DNA of 64,000 nt from Paramecium tetraurelia (lineage: Eukaryota). The first letter of the stretch is position 1; each line of letters starts with the position of its first letter. The notes under the pieces were generated by a model that was not told the origin of the DNA, ran no database searches, and saw only the letters and a program-made list of their open reading frames with translations. The stretch covers positions 124,001 through 188,000 of the forward strand of contig CT868441.1 of assembly GCA_000165425.1 (NCBI GenBank). Reading direction: 5' to 3'. Positions 27,292-40,159 of the stretch are shown piece after piece. Position numbers and translations under genes: made by a program.

Positions 27292-28616
27292 TCACATATT
27301 AAATCCAATTAAATATTCATCAGACAATTTAGCATTAGTTAATTCTAAGTCTTATTTTTCATTTGAAAAGGATCCAGGCCAAAATTAAGTTGCTGATAGT
27401 TCTGTTTTTAAAATTCCTGTTTTTTTGTATGCCTGGGCTACTAATTAAGAACAAAAATAAGTGTTTTTCTCTGATGACGTAATCATTACAGATTTATCGG
27501 TTAATATTTTTTTGACTGTTAAAGAGTAAGCCTTTCCTAGATTTTCTTTTGTAAATTATTCCATTTTCAATAAGAATTCTGTTGTTCTTTGAATTTCAAG
27601 TTAACGATATACAACTCTAAATTTAACTAATAAAAATCATACTTATTATATAATTCATACCATTATTTCCCAACCATGTGCTTCCATTCAAATATTCCAA
27701 CACCAAAGGTTCCTGTGGCCTCTAAAACATAAATCGATCCATTCGTATATTTCAGAATCATTGCGACATGATCTAATTGTGATTTAAACACATTACCATA
27801 TTAAGATCTAGTAACCATTCTTTAAGCTTTGCATGAGATATGCTTACCCTAAAAGAGTAGTATATCTCCCGTTTGAGCCATATCTAGGAATTGTTAATTA
27901 TGGATTAATCTCTTTTTATAATATTCTTCAAATGGACGGATATAGTATTAAAACTTTGGATTCAAGCGATAAGTGTCTATGCAGCTCTTAATGACTTGGA
28001 ACCAGTCATGGGCATGTTGTCCTTTAAATTGAAACACAGCTTCATCATCTTCGCATTTTAAACCAAACTCGGTTATGACATTGTTTTGTTATTTGAAAAA
28101 GTATTTAAAATTGAACAAGTGAAAATTCAAGACTACTCTAGCTCTCTTTTTTTCCTCATTTTCATATACACAAAGGATGCCATCATGAAAAACACAAAAT
28201 TTATTTTTATATGAGGAAAATAGAGAGTTACTTTTCTTTTCAATCCAACCTGAATAAGAATCAGGTTACTTACATTGAAACAGTCCAGATTATAGAATCT
28301 TGGATTATTAAAGAAATTCAGCTTCACTAGTTTCATTTTCAACATCTTGGCTTATTATAGATTAGGCCAATCGATAATCAATGTTTTAGATTCCTTCAAA
28401 TTCCACTTACACTTCTTCGATTATCTCATTAGGTTTAACATCTTTTTAATTCATTTATTGCATCTGCACAAGCCTATCATTTACAGAGGCCATTAAACTC
28501 ATTCTTAATGGGTTTTGATCTTAGGTTTTTTAACGACCGATAACAATAGAACTGGAAGGCTTAAAGGTAGGATTGTTTAATTGATCAAATTGAGATGTAG
28601 TAATAGCTGACTACAT
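27292..28616 (-). CDS. PH-domain protein fused to a permuted papain-like (NlpC/P60, YiiX/YaeF-type) amidase domain
   Basis: PH-like YSGWIEKKSNSLFSSYKNKFCVFHDGILCVYENE...HDWFQVI, then QTGDILLF, DHVAMIL and TYFCSQLVAQAYKKTGIL (His precedes Cys). TGA 27292-27294. Confidence 0.8.
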
Positions 28617-28640
28617 ATATATGATTAATATATAAATTTA

Positions 28641-29447
28641 ATGAATAATCTTTATTAATTCGACAGATCATTATTGACAATAGACATTCCAGGAGCTTAG
28701 CCTAGAAAAAAATCAATACAACTCAATAAAATGGAGAGTCTAGATACCAAATAATGTAGACAGTTAAAATTACAGTAACAGTCTGTTATTATTATGCTAA
28801 CTTTTAGATTGAATATTGCTCAACAGGATCAACATTATGGAAGACGAAGATATCAACATGATTTTCATCACTTTTGCAACAGTTTTGTTCCTTAAGGCGA
28901 ATACTATTTTGATGTCTCTCAAAAAAAACATTACAATCTATAAGAGGGAGAAATTAAGTAAATGAGAGCCCTTGAAAACATCTATGATTAACCAAAGTAT
29001 TTGATTATTAAATGATGAAATTTAATAGGAGACAGATTATTAACTACAAATGATATCGATGGAGCTATGCCAGGATCACTATAAAGTAAGGTGGTTAAGA
29101 ACATGGAAAAGGCATAAAAATTAAGGTTAGAGAGGGATTCTTAAAGAGCTCTTAACAATGAAGCACTTTATTTGAGACCTATGATGGATTGCAGATTATA
29201 AATGGAAAAATAACCGACAAGAACAAAGTCGTTTTCCATGCAGTAAACACCTTAAAATCCTCTAATCGATAATCAGATAATTGAAATTAATAACTTAAAA
29301 TAATTCAACGAAATGAGAAAATTGCCAAAGATTGGAGAGAATTTACCAAGCATCTAAAACAGAGTTCATAAATACAGTTTTGTGGAAGGATTTGATAGAG
29401 AATCATCAATCTTATAGAAATGTTAGCCTATGAAAGTTTTTGTATGA
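28641..29447 (+). CDS. Hypothetical protein with two DIxGAxP motifs
   Basis: MNNLYQFDRSLLTIDIPGAQP ... IITTNDIDGAMPGS. Introns near 28780 and 29000. TGA 29445-29447. Confidence 0.7.
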
Positions 29448-29486
29448 TAATAAACTACTAATACATTATGATAACTTCATAATCTT

Positions 29487-30035
29487 TCATTTAAAAAATA
29501 GTTGTTAATACTTATTGGCCTTCTGAAAAGGTCTATATTCATATTACTCTTCCTTTTTATTATCATCAGTTTTAAATGGTTGATTTCTTCTTTCATTTTA
29601 CATAACTATCGGACTTTAAGCATTTTTTTTCTATACATTTATCGATTGTTGAGGTAGTACAGATTGGCTTTTTAAAGTGTATTCCCCAAAATTATAATAT
29701 TTAGAGGTCTTTACAAATGATGGATTAAATTTAGGTTTTCTTTTCATTCTTGCCTACGAAGACTCGTCCGTTTCAATATTACATTCATTAGATTGCAAGT
29801 ATTTTGACCGTAGGGAGCTTGATCTACTAGATGGTTTTCTCGTGGAGGAAAATCTTGAAAGTCTTTCTGTAGAATCACCAGGCGATTTTTTTTTTTTATT
29901 TCGCTTATTACCATTTTCAGTAAATCGATTAGTTCTGCTTTCTGTTCTTAGTTCATTTTCTTAACATGTGCAATCACATGAAATATAGTTTATATAGCAT
30001 TAACATTAACACCTACCAATAACTACTGTTCCCAT
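29487..30035 (-). CDS. Hypothetical basic protein with MG/Cys-rich N-terminus (possible acylation)
   Basis: Intronless 183-codon frame starting MGTVVIGRCQCQCYINYISCDCTCQEN, ending in TGA. Confidence 0.7.
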
Positions 30036-30116
30036 TAACAAATTAATTTTACTTAATAATGAAGAATCAAATATATATAGTAGCAAATTAATGTAAATAA
30101 TCGAATCAATTCCGTA

Positions 30117-31315
30117 TCAAATAACCTTTTACTAAAGCAACTAGGATAGCAAACTAGAGCAAAGTAAAGTTGAAATTACAATTATCTATGAAATAGTCAT
30201 ATATTTAGAATACATTTTTTTAATTATGTTTATTAATTTTCAATTCTGGTTTTCTTGTTAAACTCTTGATATTTTTGTAACTATATAATTAAATTATACA
30301 ACTACTTAGTGTTTTCTAATTAGTCTTTATTATTATCGATTTAATCATCATCTGCCTTTTTTACAATAATAGAATTAAACATTATTGAATCTTATTATTA
30401 CGAAATACTTAAATTTTATTCAAAAACTTTAGACTCACTCCCTTATGAGCGAGATTAAGTATCTTCTACAATATACTGTTTTATTCTGCTGCAGAGTATT
30501 TAAGATTAAATATTCGATTCATCTCTGCTTTTCCAAAAAATAGTCAGATCTAATTGATTTTAGCTATTAATGATTACCTGAATCTTTAGAATCAATAAAG
30601 CAGGCGTTAACTTTAAATTTATTGTCATATATTTAATCATCTTCTATAGGTCGGTTTGTAGAAATTTCAATAATTTATGTTTAATTGGGGTTGATTTGAC
30701 CAATAAATGGTATTATTTGAAATAAATCAGGTTTTGTAGCTTTTATCTATATTATTTCAAATTTAAGGCTACTTTGAAAGCAACATTTTTTTCAGTCAAA
30801 TTTTTAAGAGACATTTAGGCATATGCTAATTTATTTTCTTTAACATTAAATTCTAAAAAATCTTTAGGTTCAATTTCTAAAAGCTCTTCCATTGAATATT
30901 ATTTCTGCTTTATTATGCTCCTGAGTATCTAAGATTAAATAGTTGATATATCTCTGCTCTTCCAAAAAATAGTCAGATCTAATTGATTTTAGCTATTAAT
31001 GATTACCTGATTCTTTAGAATCGATAAAGCAGGCATTAACTTAAAATTTATTTTCATATATTTAATCATCTTCTATAGGTCGGTTTGTAGAAATTTCAAT
31101 AATTTATGTTTAATTGGGGTTGATTTGACCAATAGGTGGTCTTACTAGAAATAAATTAGGTTTTGTAGCTTTTATCTATATTATTTCAAATTTAAGGGTA
31201 CTTTGAAAGTAACTTTTTTTTCAGTCAAATTTTTAATTGACATTTAAGCATATGCTAATAAAATTTCTTCAAATTCTAAATATTTTTTAGGTTCAATCTC
31301 AATAAGCCTTTGCAT
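30117..31315 (-). CDS. VAP-like protein with two tandem MSP (major sperm protein) domains and a hydrophobic C-terminal tail
   Basis: MQRLIEIEPKKYLEF..MSIKNLTEKKVTFK/IKATKPNLFLVRPPIGQINPNQT joins in frame (KQKQYSMEELLEIEP) to a second MSP copy. The tail IIVISTLLCSSLLS depends on two inferred introns. Confidence 0.75.
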
Positions 31316-31320
31316 TGAAA
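30470..31320 (-). repeat. Direct tandem duplication, unit about 423-429 bp, including two introns per unit
   Basis: About 30490-30895 and 30920-31318 are highly similar. The 28-nt intron gtaatcattaatagctaaaatcaattag is identical in both units. Confidence 0.92.
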
Positions 31321-32080
31321 ATTAATTTAATTTAATGAATAATTTTTCATAATATTTTTTTAGAGAAAATGAAGAATATTTGCATTTTATATATTCGCTA
31401 TTAAAGTGTCTTCAAGATCCCTATAAAGTGTTTTTGAAATGTAATTAAAAATAATTGAATATCAAATAAAGAATATGAATTCAAATATATTTGTATCTTG
31501 GGATAATAAAAGACCTAAATTCATAATAATAGTTTTTTTTTTAAATATTTTATACTAATTAACTACTCCATTTTACAAGTAATCAAAAGTAAACTAATTA
31601 AGATAATTAATTTAATTTTATGCTAAGTGACCAATGAAAGAAATGGATGTAATTGAAAAAAAAATATGAATTCAAAATAAGTAATTACAAATAGATGATT
31701 AAAGATAAGATCATCTCATTAAAAAATATGATTATACATAGTGTTTTGATCACATTTGCAGCATTGAAAACAATGTTATATTAAATTTAATGATCTAAAA
31801 ATAATTATATGAATGATGTTAGAATCATTGACTTTGATATTAAGATTATTGTAGTTAAACTAATAGATTATTCCAACATAACATCCAGAATCTAACTGTG
31901 GTTGATCTATATAACTAGGTTAAAATTACTTTTGATTTTAGTTTCCTTAGAATTATGATAAAAAATGGATCATTGAAAATCAAACAGAACTCAAATTATG
32001 TGAATCCATAAAATATATTATGATTAATAAAATTAAGAATTTCAACTCATTTCCATCAATCTATATAAATATTAATAAAA

Positions 32081-33249
32081 ATGTAAGTTAATAAATAGAA
32101 GTGTATGTTTTGTGAGAAGCTATCAACAGATGGATCTTTTCACTTTATTCTGAAAAGAGCTCTCTATTGCAAATACTCTCAATCTCAGATTCTGATATTT
32201 TCAAAGGACATCAATGATATCCTAGATGATAATCCAACAAAATGCACTATTCATTATAAAGATCACTTGCATTTCAATGACTAAACTGAATACATGAGAA
32301 GGTATCTCAATTATTTCAATACAGATTTTATCGTTTTTTTGAGAGTGATGATCGATTGCCATCTCTATTTGAGTATTATAAATACCATATCAATATTCCT
32401 CGAAACTTTTACTCCAAAATCATCAATAAACGCATGGAAAAGAATAGAGAACTTCGTTATTAAAAGATCAAATAAGAACTAGGTCTTCACTAAGAAATTA
32501 CAAATTAAACATCTCCAAAAAAGAAGGACACTTCTGAAGATTAATCTGTAAGTCAAATGAAGAATCTCCTCAAAGATCTTAAAATTGAATCAACCCAAAC
32601 TGATGTCTCTAGAGTAAGCAATACAACTATATTGAAAGATCTAGTTAAGATGATTGGCAATAATACAGAAAAAACAAAGCCTTTTTAAATCTTTAATTAT
32701 AATAAACTAATATAAAAACAAATCAATCCCTTAATTGAAGCTTAAAAATTGTAGTTAAAGAAACTAGAACCAACTCATAACAACGAAAACACAATAAAAC
32801 ATATTAAATAGGCTTCACTTACTGATAGAAATCCTAAATCTAATTTATTATCTAGACATTCATCCCATTCCAAAATTAAGGTTGAAGTCAAACCAATCAA
32901 AAGACCCCCTTAGCTGAAGCAAAGACAGGCATCTTTAGGCAATATTGAAATTACTAAATCATGTCAAACGACTGCCAGAAACAATCCGTAATAAAACGAA
33001 TTACTCTTGGAATTGGCTAAGAAAGTGTTTTCAACCAAAATAGCCTTAAATAATAATGTTCTCACCAAAAAGAAGTCCAATTAACAATAAAACAATAACT
33101 TTTTTGTTAAGGGGAGATCAAATATCTATGGAAGTTTGAAGAATCTAGAAGAACTAAAGAGCTCTATGAGAAGTCTAAATGTTCAACGCAAAACTCCAAA
33201 CAAATTGATTAAATCCCATTAAGGCACTCCAAATTAGAAAAAAAAATGA
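32081..33249 (+). CDS. Ciliate-type hypothetical protein (EYxxRFY...EYYKxHxxIxR family)
   Basis: MQVNKQKCMFCEKL...KDINDIL...EYMRRFYRFFESDDRLPSLFEYYKYHINIPRNF. One intron at about 32302-32324. TGA 33247-33249. Confidence 0.78.
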
Positions 33250-33290
33250 TGATAGTTTTGTTTGTATGATGATTAATTTTATTAATAAAT

Positions 33291-34807
33291 TCAAATAAAA
33301 TACTTCTGAAATTAATTATAAGTTATTTAGTAAGGGTAATCCTGAAATGATTAAAAGAACAGTAGAACATGTTTACTCTTCACATCTAACACTTTAAAGT
33401 CATCTTAAGTAATTATTCCATCTTAATCCAAATCTATGTAGTTGAATATTACATCAACATTCTTCATGTCTGATCCCATTTGATGAGTTGATTCTTTCCT
33501 ATATCTAATTAATTCTAAATATTTCTATATCAGCACTTTTATAATTTTCTTGGTTTCATAAGTAAATGCTCCAATGTAACTACTCAAAGGCTGCTTGCTT
33601 TCTGGAAACAAATACTTAAAGTCAGTGAGACTAATTATTGTTATTATTTCTTACTCCCATTAAGTTTAAGAATGATGTGTCGAATAGCTATGAAGTAATT
33701 GCCTAATTATAAACTCATTAACATCTATTCCCAACTACAAAAACCCAAGTTTTAAATCTTACAAATCAATAGAACCATCTACATCAAGATCAAAGAACTA
33801 AAATGCTTGAGAAATTGAATAGTCAGCACGGCTTGAAAGCTGAATATAGTTATTGATTTACTTCTAATTTTATTTGATCCAACTCATCTTGCAATTTCCC
33901 TACTGTTAACAAGTGCAATTGAAATTCCAATATTTACTCTTCCTTTAAACTTGATTACTTCTGTAAGGATTTAGTGGAAGATCTTAAAGGAATATTCCTA
34001 TTTGAATTAGTGTTTTCTTGATCAGTCTTTTATCTAGATTCACTTCTATGAATTGATAATTAACTTTGTTATTTGCTAACATATTTTTATAGGTTTCCTC
34101 TAGAACCTTAATTAAATTTTGGCGGTTGTGAACATTTAAGCAGCTCCTCCCAATCAAATCTATTTACATCTGAATCTTGATCTTTATCCAATCTCCTTAT
34201 GGCACAGACAACATCTTCAAAACTGATATCTAGATCAATATTTTTAAGTAACTATAAGAAGACTGGCATATTTTTATCGCTTTTAGGACACAAAAAGTTC
34301 AACAATGTGTTCTTATCAATTCTTAGGATCAATGCATCTAAATAGGCCTAGGTTTTTCGAATTATCTCTATGTTCATCCCAATAACTTTGCCTATTAAAT
34401 TAAGTATATCTGAAGTAGGATTGTTATAATTCAATTGTCCTTATTAATATTACTTTAAAAAGATCTAATTGTTAGGAAGTATCAAGTCTAAAAAACTAAT
34501 GGGTTATTATTATTTATTTTACTCCTAATAGGTAGTATATTTAAGCATTGATATTTCTCTTTAATCAAAACGAATTTATTAATTTTAGAGGAATACTTCT
34601 AAATCATTTCTAGTTATTCTGTCCTTTTCATAAGCAAGCTAATATTAATACGATTTTAATAACATGTAGGAAACAAGTTTGGTAGCTTACATTGCTATCA
34701 GTTATTCGAAGAATTAGGCTTTACTTAATATTTTCCAATTCTTTTTCTCCTTTAACAGTATCTTTAATCAAATGTATAATTGTGTTTTTGCTCTAATTTG
34801 AAAACAT
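33291..34807 (-). CDS. EF-hand domain protein
   Basis: EF-hand-like loops DKDQDSDVNRFD, FDLDVDGSIDLQDL, IDLDQDGIITQDD. Four tiny introns. ATG 34807, TGA 33291-33293. Confidence 0.82.
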
Positions 34808-35606
34808 AATTATATTAATTTTGTAGCTGTTATGATAATTACTTAATTACTATTATATATTAGGATAATATTCTAGAAAATAGAACTTATAGAAGAGAAT
34901 AACTCTCATAAAACATAATTTATAATAAATAGAATCTAAGACAAGAAGTATATACCTATCTTAATTTAACCAATTAATTTATAAATTTAGATTTTCAAAA
35001 TTAAATATGGATTATCTAAATTTTACAATTCAAAATGTTATTTGAATATATAAACGGAGCTCTTCATATTTTTGTTCAAATTCAAAATTTAATCTCTTAT
35101 TTAGAACATTTTCAATTAAAATTTTAAGAATCATAATATTATAAAAGGCACGACCTCAATAAAATATATTATAATGATAAATGAAAGTTGTATGTATTTG
35201 AATATGAAATGAAAACTGTAGATATTCTAGGTAAAAATGAAATTTATTATAGAAAAATAAATATGTATTTAATTCAACCAATTTATCTATAATTAAAAAA
35301 TCAATAAATCCCTTAAAAGTAAATTAACCAGAATTCCAAAACTTAATATTGATTGATATAATAGAGAATTTATGGGATTATTCAATAGAATAAATCATTA
35401 GATTTTTCAGATAAAAATACTTAAATTTGATTTTATATGATTTCTAAATCGTTTTAAAACTGTCGCTATTAAGGATTATTATTTGCAAATTGATTAATGA
35501 TTTATTATTATAAATAAAAAGCCGATATTAAAGAAGTCGAATTAAAAATCATAAAAGTGTTACTTCTTCAATGTTAACTATTATTTTGAGGAATATAAAT
35601 ATATTA

Positions 35607-35929
35607 TCAAAGAAATTTCACTGTTTTTACTTTTTTGTCTAACATTTTTTTTAATGTTATTTCTGGAGATTAATAATCCTATTATATTTATTTAGATGTA
35701 CAAGTATTTTTCTTATGTCTTCGGTTAATGAGTCTCCAATTTATTTAACTTTGGGAGGGTACCTAATTGTAATAGTCGACTATCTTTGACTCAAACTTGG
35801 TAATTTCAATTTGACTGATTAATTCCCTTTTTTAATTATGGTTCTTTGTGTTAAATCAATTAAGTAAGCATTTCTCTCTACCATAAACGATCTTATTTAA
35901 GGTAAACTTTGTTTATGATTATATGACAT
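35607..35929 (-). CDS. Small hypothetical basic protein (99 aa)
   Basis: Starts MSYNHKQSLPQIRSFMVERNAYL. One 23-nt intron gives a 300-nt CDS ending KVKTVKFL-TGA. Confidence 0.6.
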
Positions 35930-36561
35930 ACTAAATATATTATATTATAATTAATTAATTTTACAAAGTATATAATGAGTTCTCAATGAAGAATTAATTC
36001 ACTCATTAAATTAGTAGCATTATAAAATGAATTTAAAGTTAATTATGATATAAACTTAATCAATGCAAAGGAACAATCAAAAATTAAAATCGTGATAACG
36101 AAATTCCTTATTTCCAAAATCAACTCTTTCATATACTATCTTATTTGATAAGATAATTGATACACTTAGGTTTTTAAAGATAGATTAAAGATTTATTCTA
36201 AAGCTGGTATCAATTTCATAGGTTAGTTTGATCTCAATAAATAGAATTAATGAAACACCAATTTTTTTACTATTGATATAGATTATAAATAAAGTTATCT
36301 GTTTTAATCGCTATAAATATTGGAAGAATACAACTATTTATAATCAATGGATTATTATAAATTTATTAAACTAAAAAAGATAAGTCTAATCAAGAGTTAA
36401 ATAACAATTAATGTATCATCATTAAATCAATAAGTTATTGTTTTAAAGCTGCTTTTAACTTTTATATGAGTGGATCATATTATCATTAAATAGAAAAATG
36501 AATATTGTCTTATTGAATAAAATGACACTTAGTATTTATATAATTAAAATTAATTAACAAT

Positions 36562-38485
36562 ATGAATTAGAAATTTAAATTCCATGAGAAAAGCCAATCG
36601 TTACCATTAATAGTTAGAAAACCGATAGCGGTTATGAATTATAAATTGTATGAAAAATATCAACACTTTCAAAATTACTACTACATAAGAGATATTAATG
36701 AGATATTAAGTGATGCCTAAACAAAAATAGTAATAAATTTTAAAGATTAATTGGCTATTGACGAGGATGTATCTCAAGTAATTAATATCAATAGGAAGAA
36801 TATCTAAAGAGATTTTATTAGTTGAAGGAATTTCCTCAAAAAATTGAGTTGCTCACAGAATATTACAAAGTATAAAATTGATACGAAATAGTTCCATGTA
36901 GATATTGCTCGGATATTCTAAGAGCCAATTTGTTCAATCCTAAACAAATATTATGATAAGAAAAGAAAGTATGACTATTTTAGAATTGCTAAAATGATAG
37001 AAGAGGAAAATAAATTAAATCCAAATAAACCACCCAAAGGAATTGTGGGTGAGAGACCTTCCCCTGCAAACTCTTAAGAATCAGCACTTTAAGAGTAAGA
37101 TGAGAAAGAGCATCAGAATATCAAAAATATTTAAATATTAAATGAATTGAGTTGGTTAAAAGTAAGACTTTACCATATAACTACATTAGCATGACAAAAC
37201 ACTGCCTAAAGAAGTCTCTTAAACCATAAATGAATTATGCAAATAAATCGGTTCTGGAGGAGATTAATCATCCTTCTCAATAATTAATTTTTAGAAATAA
37301 GAAAAAGTATCTTTGGATAATTTTCTAATGTATATTGGAGGTAAAGCCAACGTTCAATAGAAAACATCTCCAACGGCAAGACACTCATAAGAATAATTGA
37401 TTTAGGAATTAATAATGAATTAAAAGGCTAAAATGTAATAAAAGGATAACAAAAGAAATAGTATGCATAAGAAGAATGAAACCAAGTATAGTATTGGTTC
37501 GATTGAGATGAAGAACAATTTTGTAAAGGATCAATTTAACAATCTCTCCAAGAAATCTAATAGATAAGCATCTACAGATATTATAGAGAGTGGAACTAGA
37601 ATAGACAATAAACCTTAGGAATTAGTTAAGGTTAAGTCTAAGACTATAGTAAGTAAAAATTAACTCAAAATGAATAAATTCATTGGTGATCTCAATTAAA
37701 TTTCTCCTACTCCATCTATGCTCAAAATATCCTTAGGTCCTGCATCATTGAAATCATCGTAGCCAATTATTTAATTCTAAAACAATCAATTGACTAAACT
37801 TTTGCTTGAAGAAGTTGAGTCATAATAAAAATTAAGAAATGGTGCAATAACACACAGACCTTAATCTAGTAGGAACACTTTGTTTGGGTCATCATCAACT
37901 AGAAATAGTCCTTCAATCAATTATAAAAAAGTGACGTCGTCCAAGTAATAAAAGGAGGATAATTAAAAAAATTAAAAACTTAAGACTACAAATTCTCCTC
38001 AAAAAAGCCATTAGCTTGGATTACTCGCTAAGAATCTATTCATTAAGGCATTAAATGCTCAAAATAAAAAGAATTCCAACCTTGTCAAATTGAGTTCAAA
38101 TTAAGAAAAAGTGCTTAATTAATACAATAAACAAAAGCCTAGTTTTACATCATAATAAAATGATATAGTTGAAAAGAAACAACACAAAAAAATAAAATCT
38201 GATTGTAGGGCCTTTTATAATAAGTTTTCAGTTCATGAAATAGGATGTTTAACTGATAGAAATGACAAAGAAACTAATAATATGTTTAGTAAAATAAATA
38301 AACATGGGTCTCCATAAACTTAACATTTTAGAAGATTACATAGTGAAAAGCAAGAATCTCTCTCGAGTAATATGAAAGGGATATTAATTTCATAGATGTT
38401 GAAATAACTAACAAAATAAAATCTATAGAGTTAATAAAAACAAGATCTTAGATCGGTAGTGAAAAGTTCAACAAAAAAGTTTTGA
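36562..38485 (+). CDS. Ciliate-type hypothetical protein, same family as 32081-33249, with long low-complexity tail
   Basis: RDINEIL...EEYLKRFYQLKEFPQKIELLTEYYKFHVDIARIF. Three tiny introns. TGA 38483-38485. Confidence 0.78.
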
Positions 38486-38572
38486 TTATTTAATTCTATT
38501 ATTTCTAAATAATATATGTGTAACTCTATTCAAATTAAATAAAATATTAATTATATTCATAGTATCCTAAAT

Positions 38573-40159
38573 TCAATCATGGATAATTAGACAATCAATT
38601 TAAATTTATTTTCTACAAATATTTTAGGCTTTAGTTTAGGCTTATAGTTCTTTGTACAATTTATATCGATTTGCCTATTTCTCATAATCCTCTAACATAT
38701 AATTCTATTGGATTGATGAATTTCTTCTCAAGACATCCCCTATCATGCTAATTGGATTTTAAGTTTGATCTTCATTATTTAGACTTTTAAAATAATCTAA
38801 TAGCAACTTTTTAGATTGGTATAACCAAATCAATAAGGCATTTTTTTAATCAACATCCTCTTCTTGCTCTTCCTCATCTAAAATTTGGACTTTATCTTCT
38901 TCATCCTATTTTCTATAAAGATTATTATGTAAAGTACAAGCTTTTGAAAATATGGTTCTCGATGAAATCCTCTTCCTCCAATTAAATCATTTTTTTTATT
39001 ATTGGACCTAGGTCATAATTATCTACAGAAATATGTCTTTTAAAATTGAAATTTTCAGATCTACTACAATTAAGCATACAAATCTCAAATAATAATTTAG
39101 AATCTAAGGATTTTGATTTTAGTAATTAAAACAAGTATATTTATAAACTTATTTTGGCTTAAACAATCGGAATTTGGTAATAAAATTACTCTTAAGGAAT
39201 ATTGAGTTATTAGGATTCACAATCAATAGTCCCAAAATATAATAGCAGTTTAATATCAGAACTTCCAAAGTTAGAAATTATTTATTTCATTTTAATTCCC
39301 CCACCAGTTAATCTTATTTACTATATGCTGTAAATAGCATCGATTGGGAATCCACTTTCAATTAGATATTATTGCCACACTTAGCCTCTGATTGCACATT
39401 CAAAAAGAAAGACTATGTAAAATTATTTTGATAATCTAAATATTCAACTAAACATACGTATATAATGTAGATTTCAATTCTTTCGATAATACACAAGCGC
39501 AATAAGAATTATCACATCTTGATCCAATGATTTACGAACACATAGTTATCTCATTTTGCTGTTCCCAAAAAGATTTTCTTTTTCTAAGCAATACACCTTT
39601 ATTAATAGTTATAAATACTATCAAAATTCAAAACAATGATTTTATTTATTTAGACATCTGTTCGCTATGATAAATACAAGCATTTAATGTTTACTCCTTT
39701 TTTTAATTAATCATGAATTTTTGGTTATAATTTGATATTTATTAGATGGTCAATACTTTCTTGTCTATTTAGAAGGGGTTTAAATATAGATCCTTTCATT
39801 TTGGAAACAACAGTTTTACTAGGAGTTATAACGGGAGAATAAATTTTTGGCAAAATCAATTCCTATTAATTGTGTTCAGTATAATCTTCATTTTGTTCTT
39901 ATCTACTTCTGAGTCGAGTACTCTTGCTCATACTAAATATTTTATCTTATTTTGGGGTTTCACTCCTTTCAGAAACTTGAAGATTTCGTATTTTAAACAC
40001 TTAGATTGAATTTCCACCATCAATTGAGAGATCTCTCTCCTAACTTGTATTATTTCTGCTTGATGTTGGTGAACCTTTTGAGCGATTTGATTTGTTGGAG
40101 CCCTCTATTTCAGGAAATTTGAACCTTCTATGCACTAAATTAATGGATTTTTGCTACAT
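38573..40159 (-). CDS. Hypothetical protein, possibly with a degenerate HAD/FCP1-like fold
   Basis: Starts MQQKSINLVHRRFKFPEI. Central IIVLNFDSVL...LYTLSKQFYIVFLF...GFPIDAIY. Three tiny introns keep one frame to TGA 38573-38575. The fold assignment is weak. Confidence 0.65.

Noticed and set aside
30470..31320. Tandem repeat as a mobile element, CRISPR array or two separate genes
   Set aside because: No terminal repeats, spacers or transposase. Both units encode MSP domains joined in frame with no TGA between them.
39290..39620. Apparent frameshift, or two genes, in 38573-40159
   Set aside because: Re-reading with a 23-nt and a 22-nt intron gives one continuous frame, so no programmed frameshift is needed.
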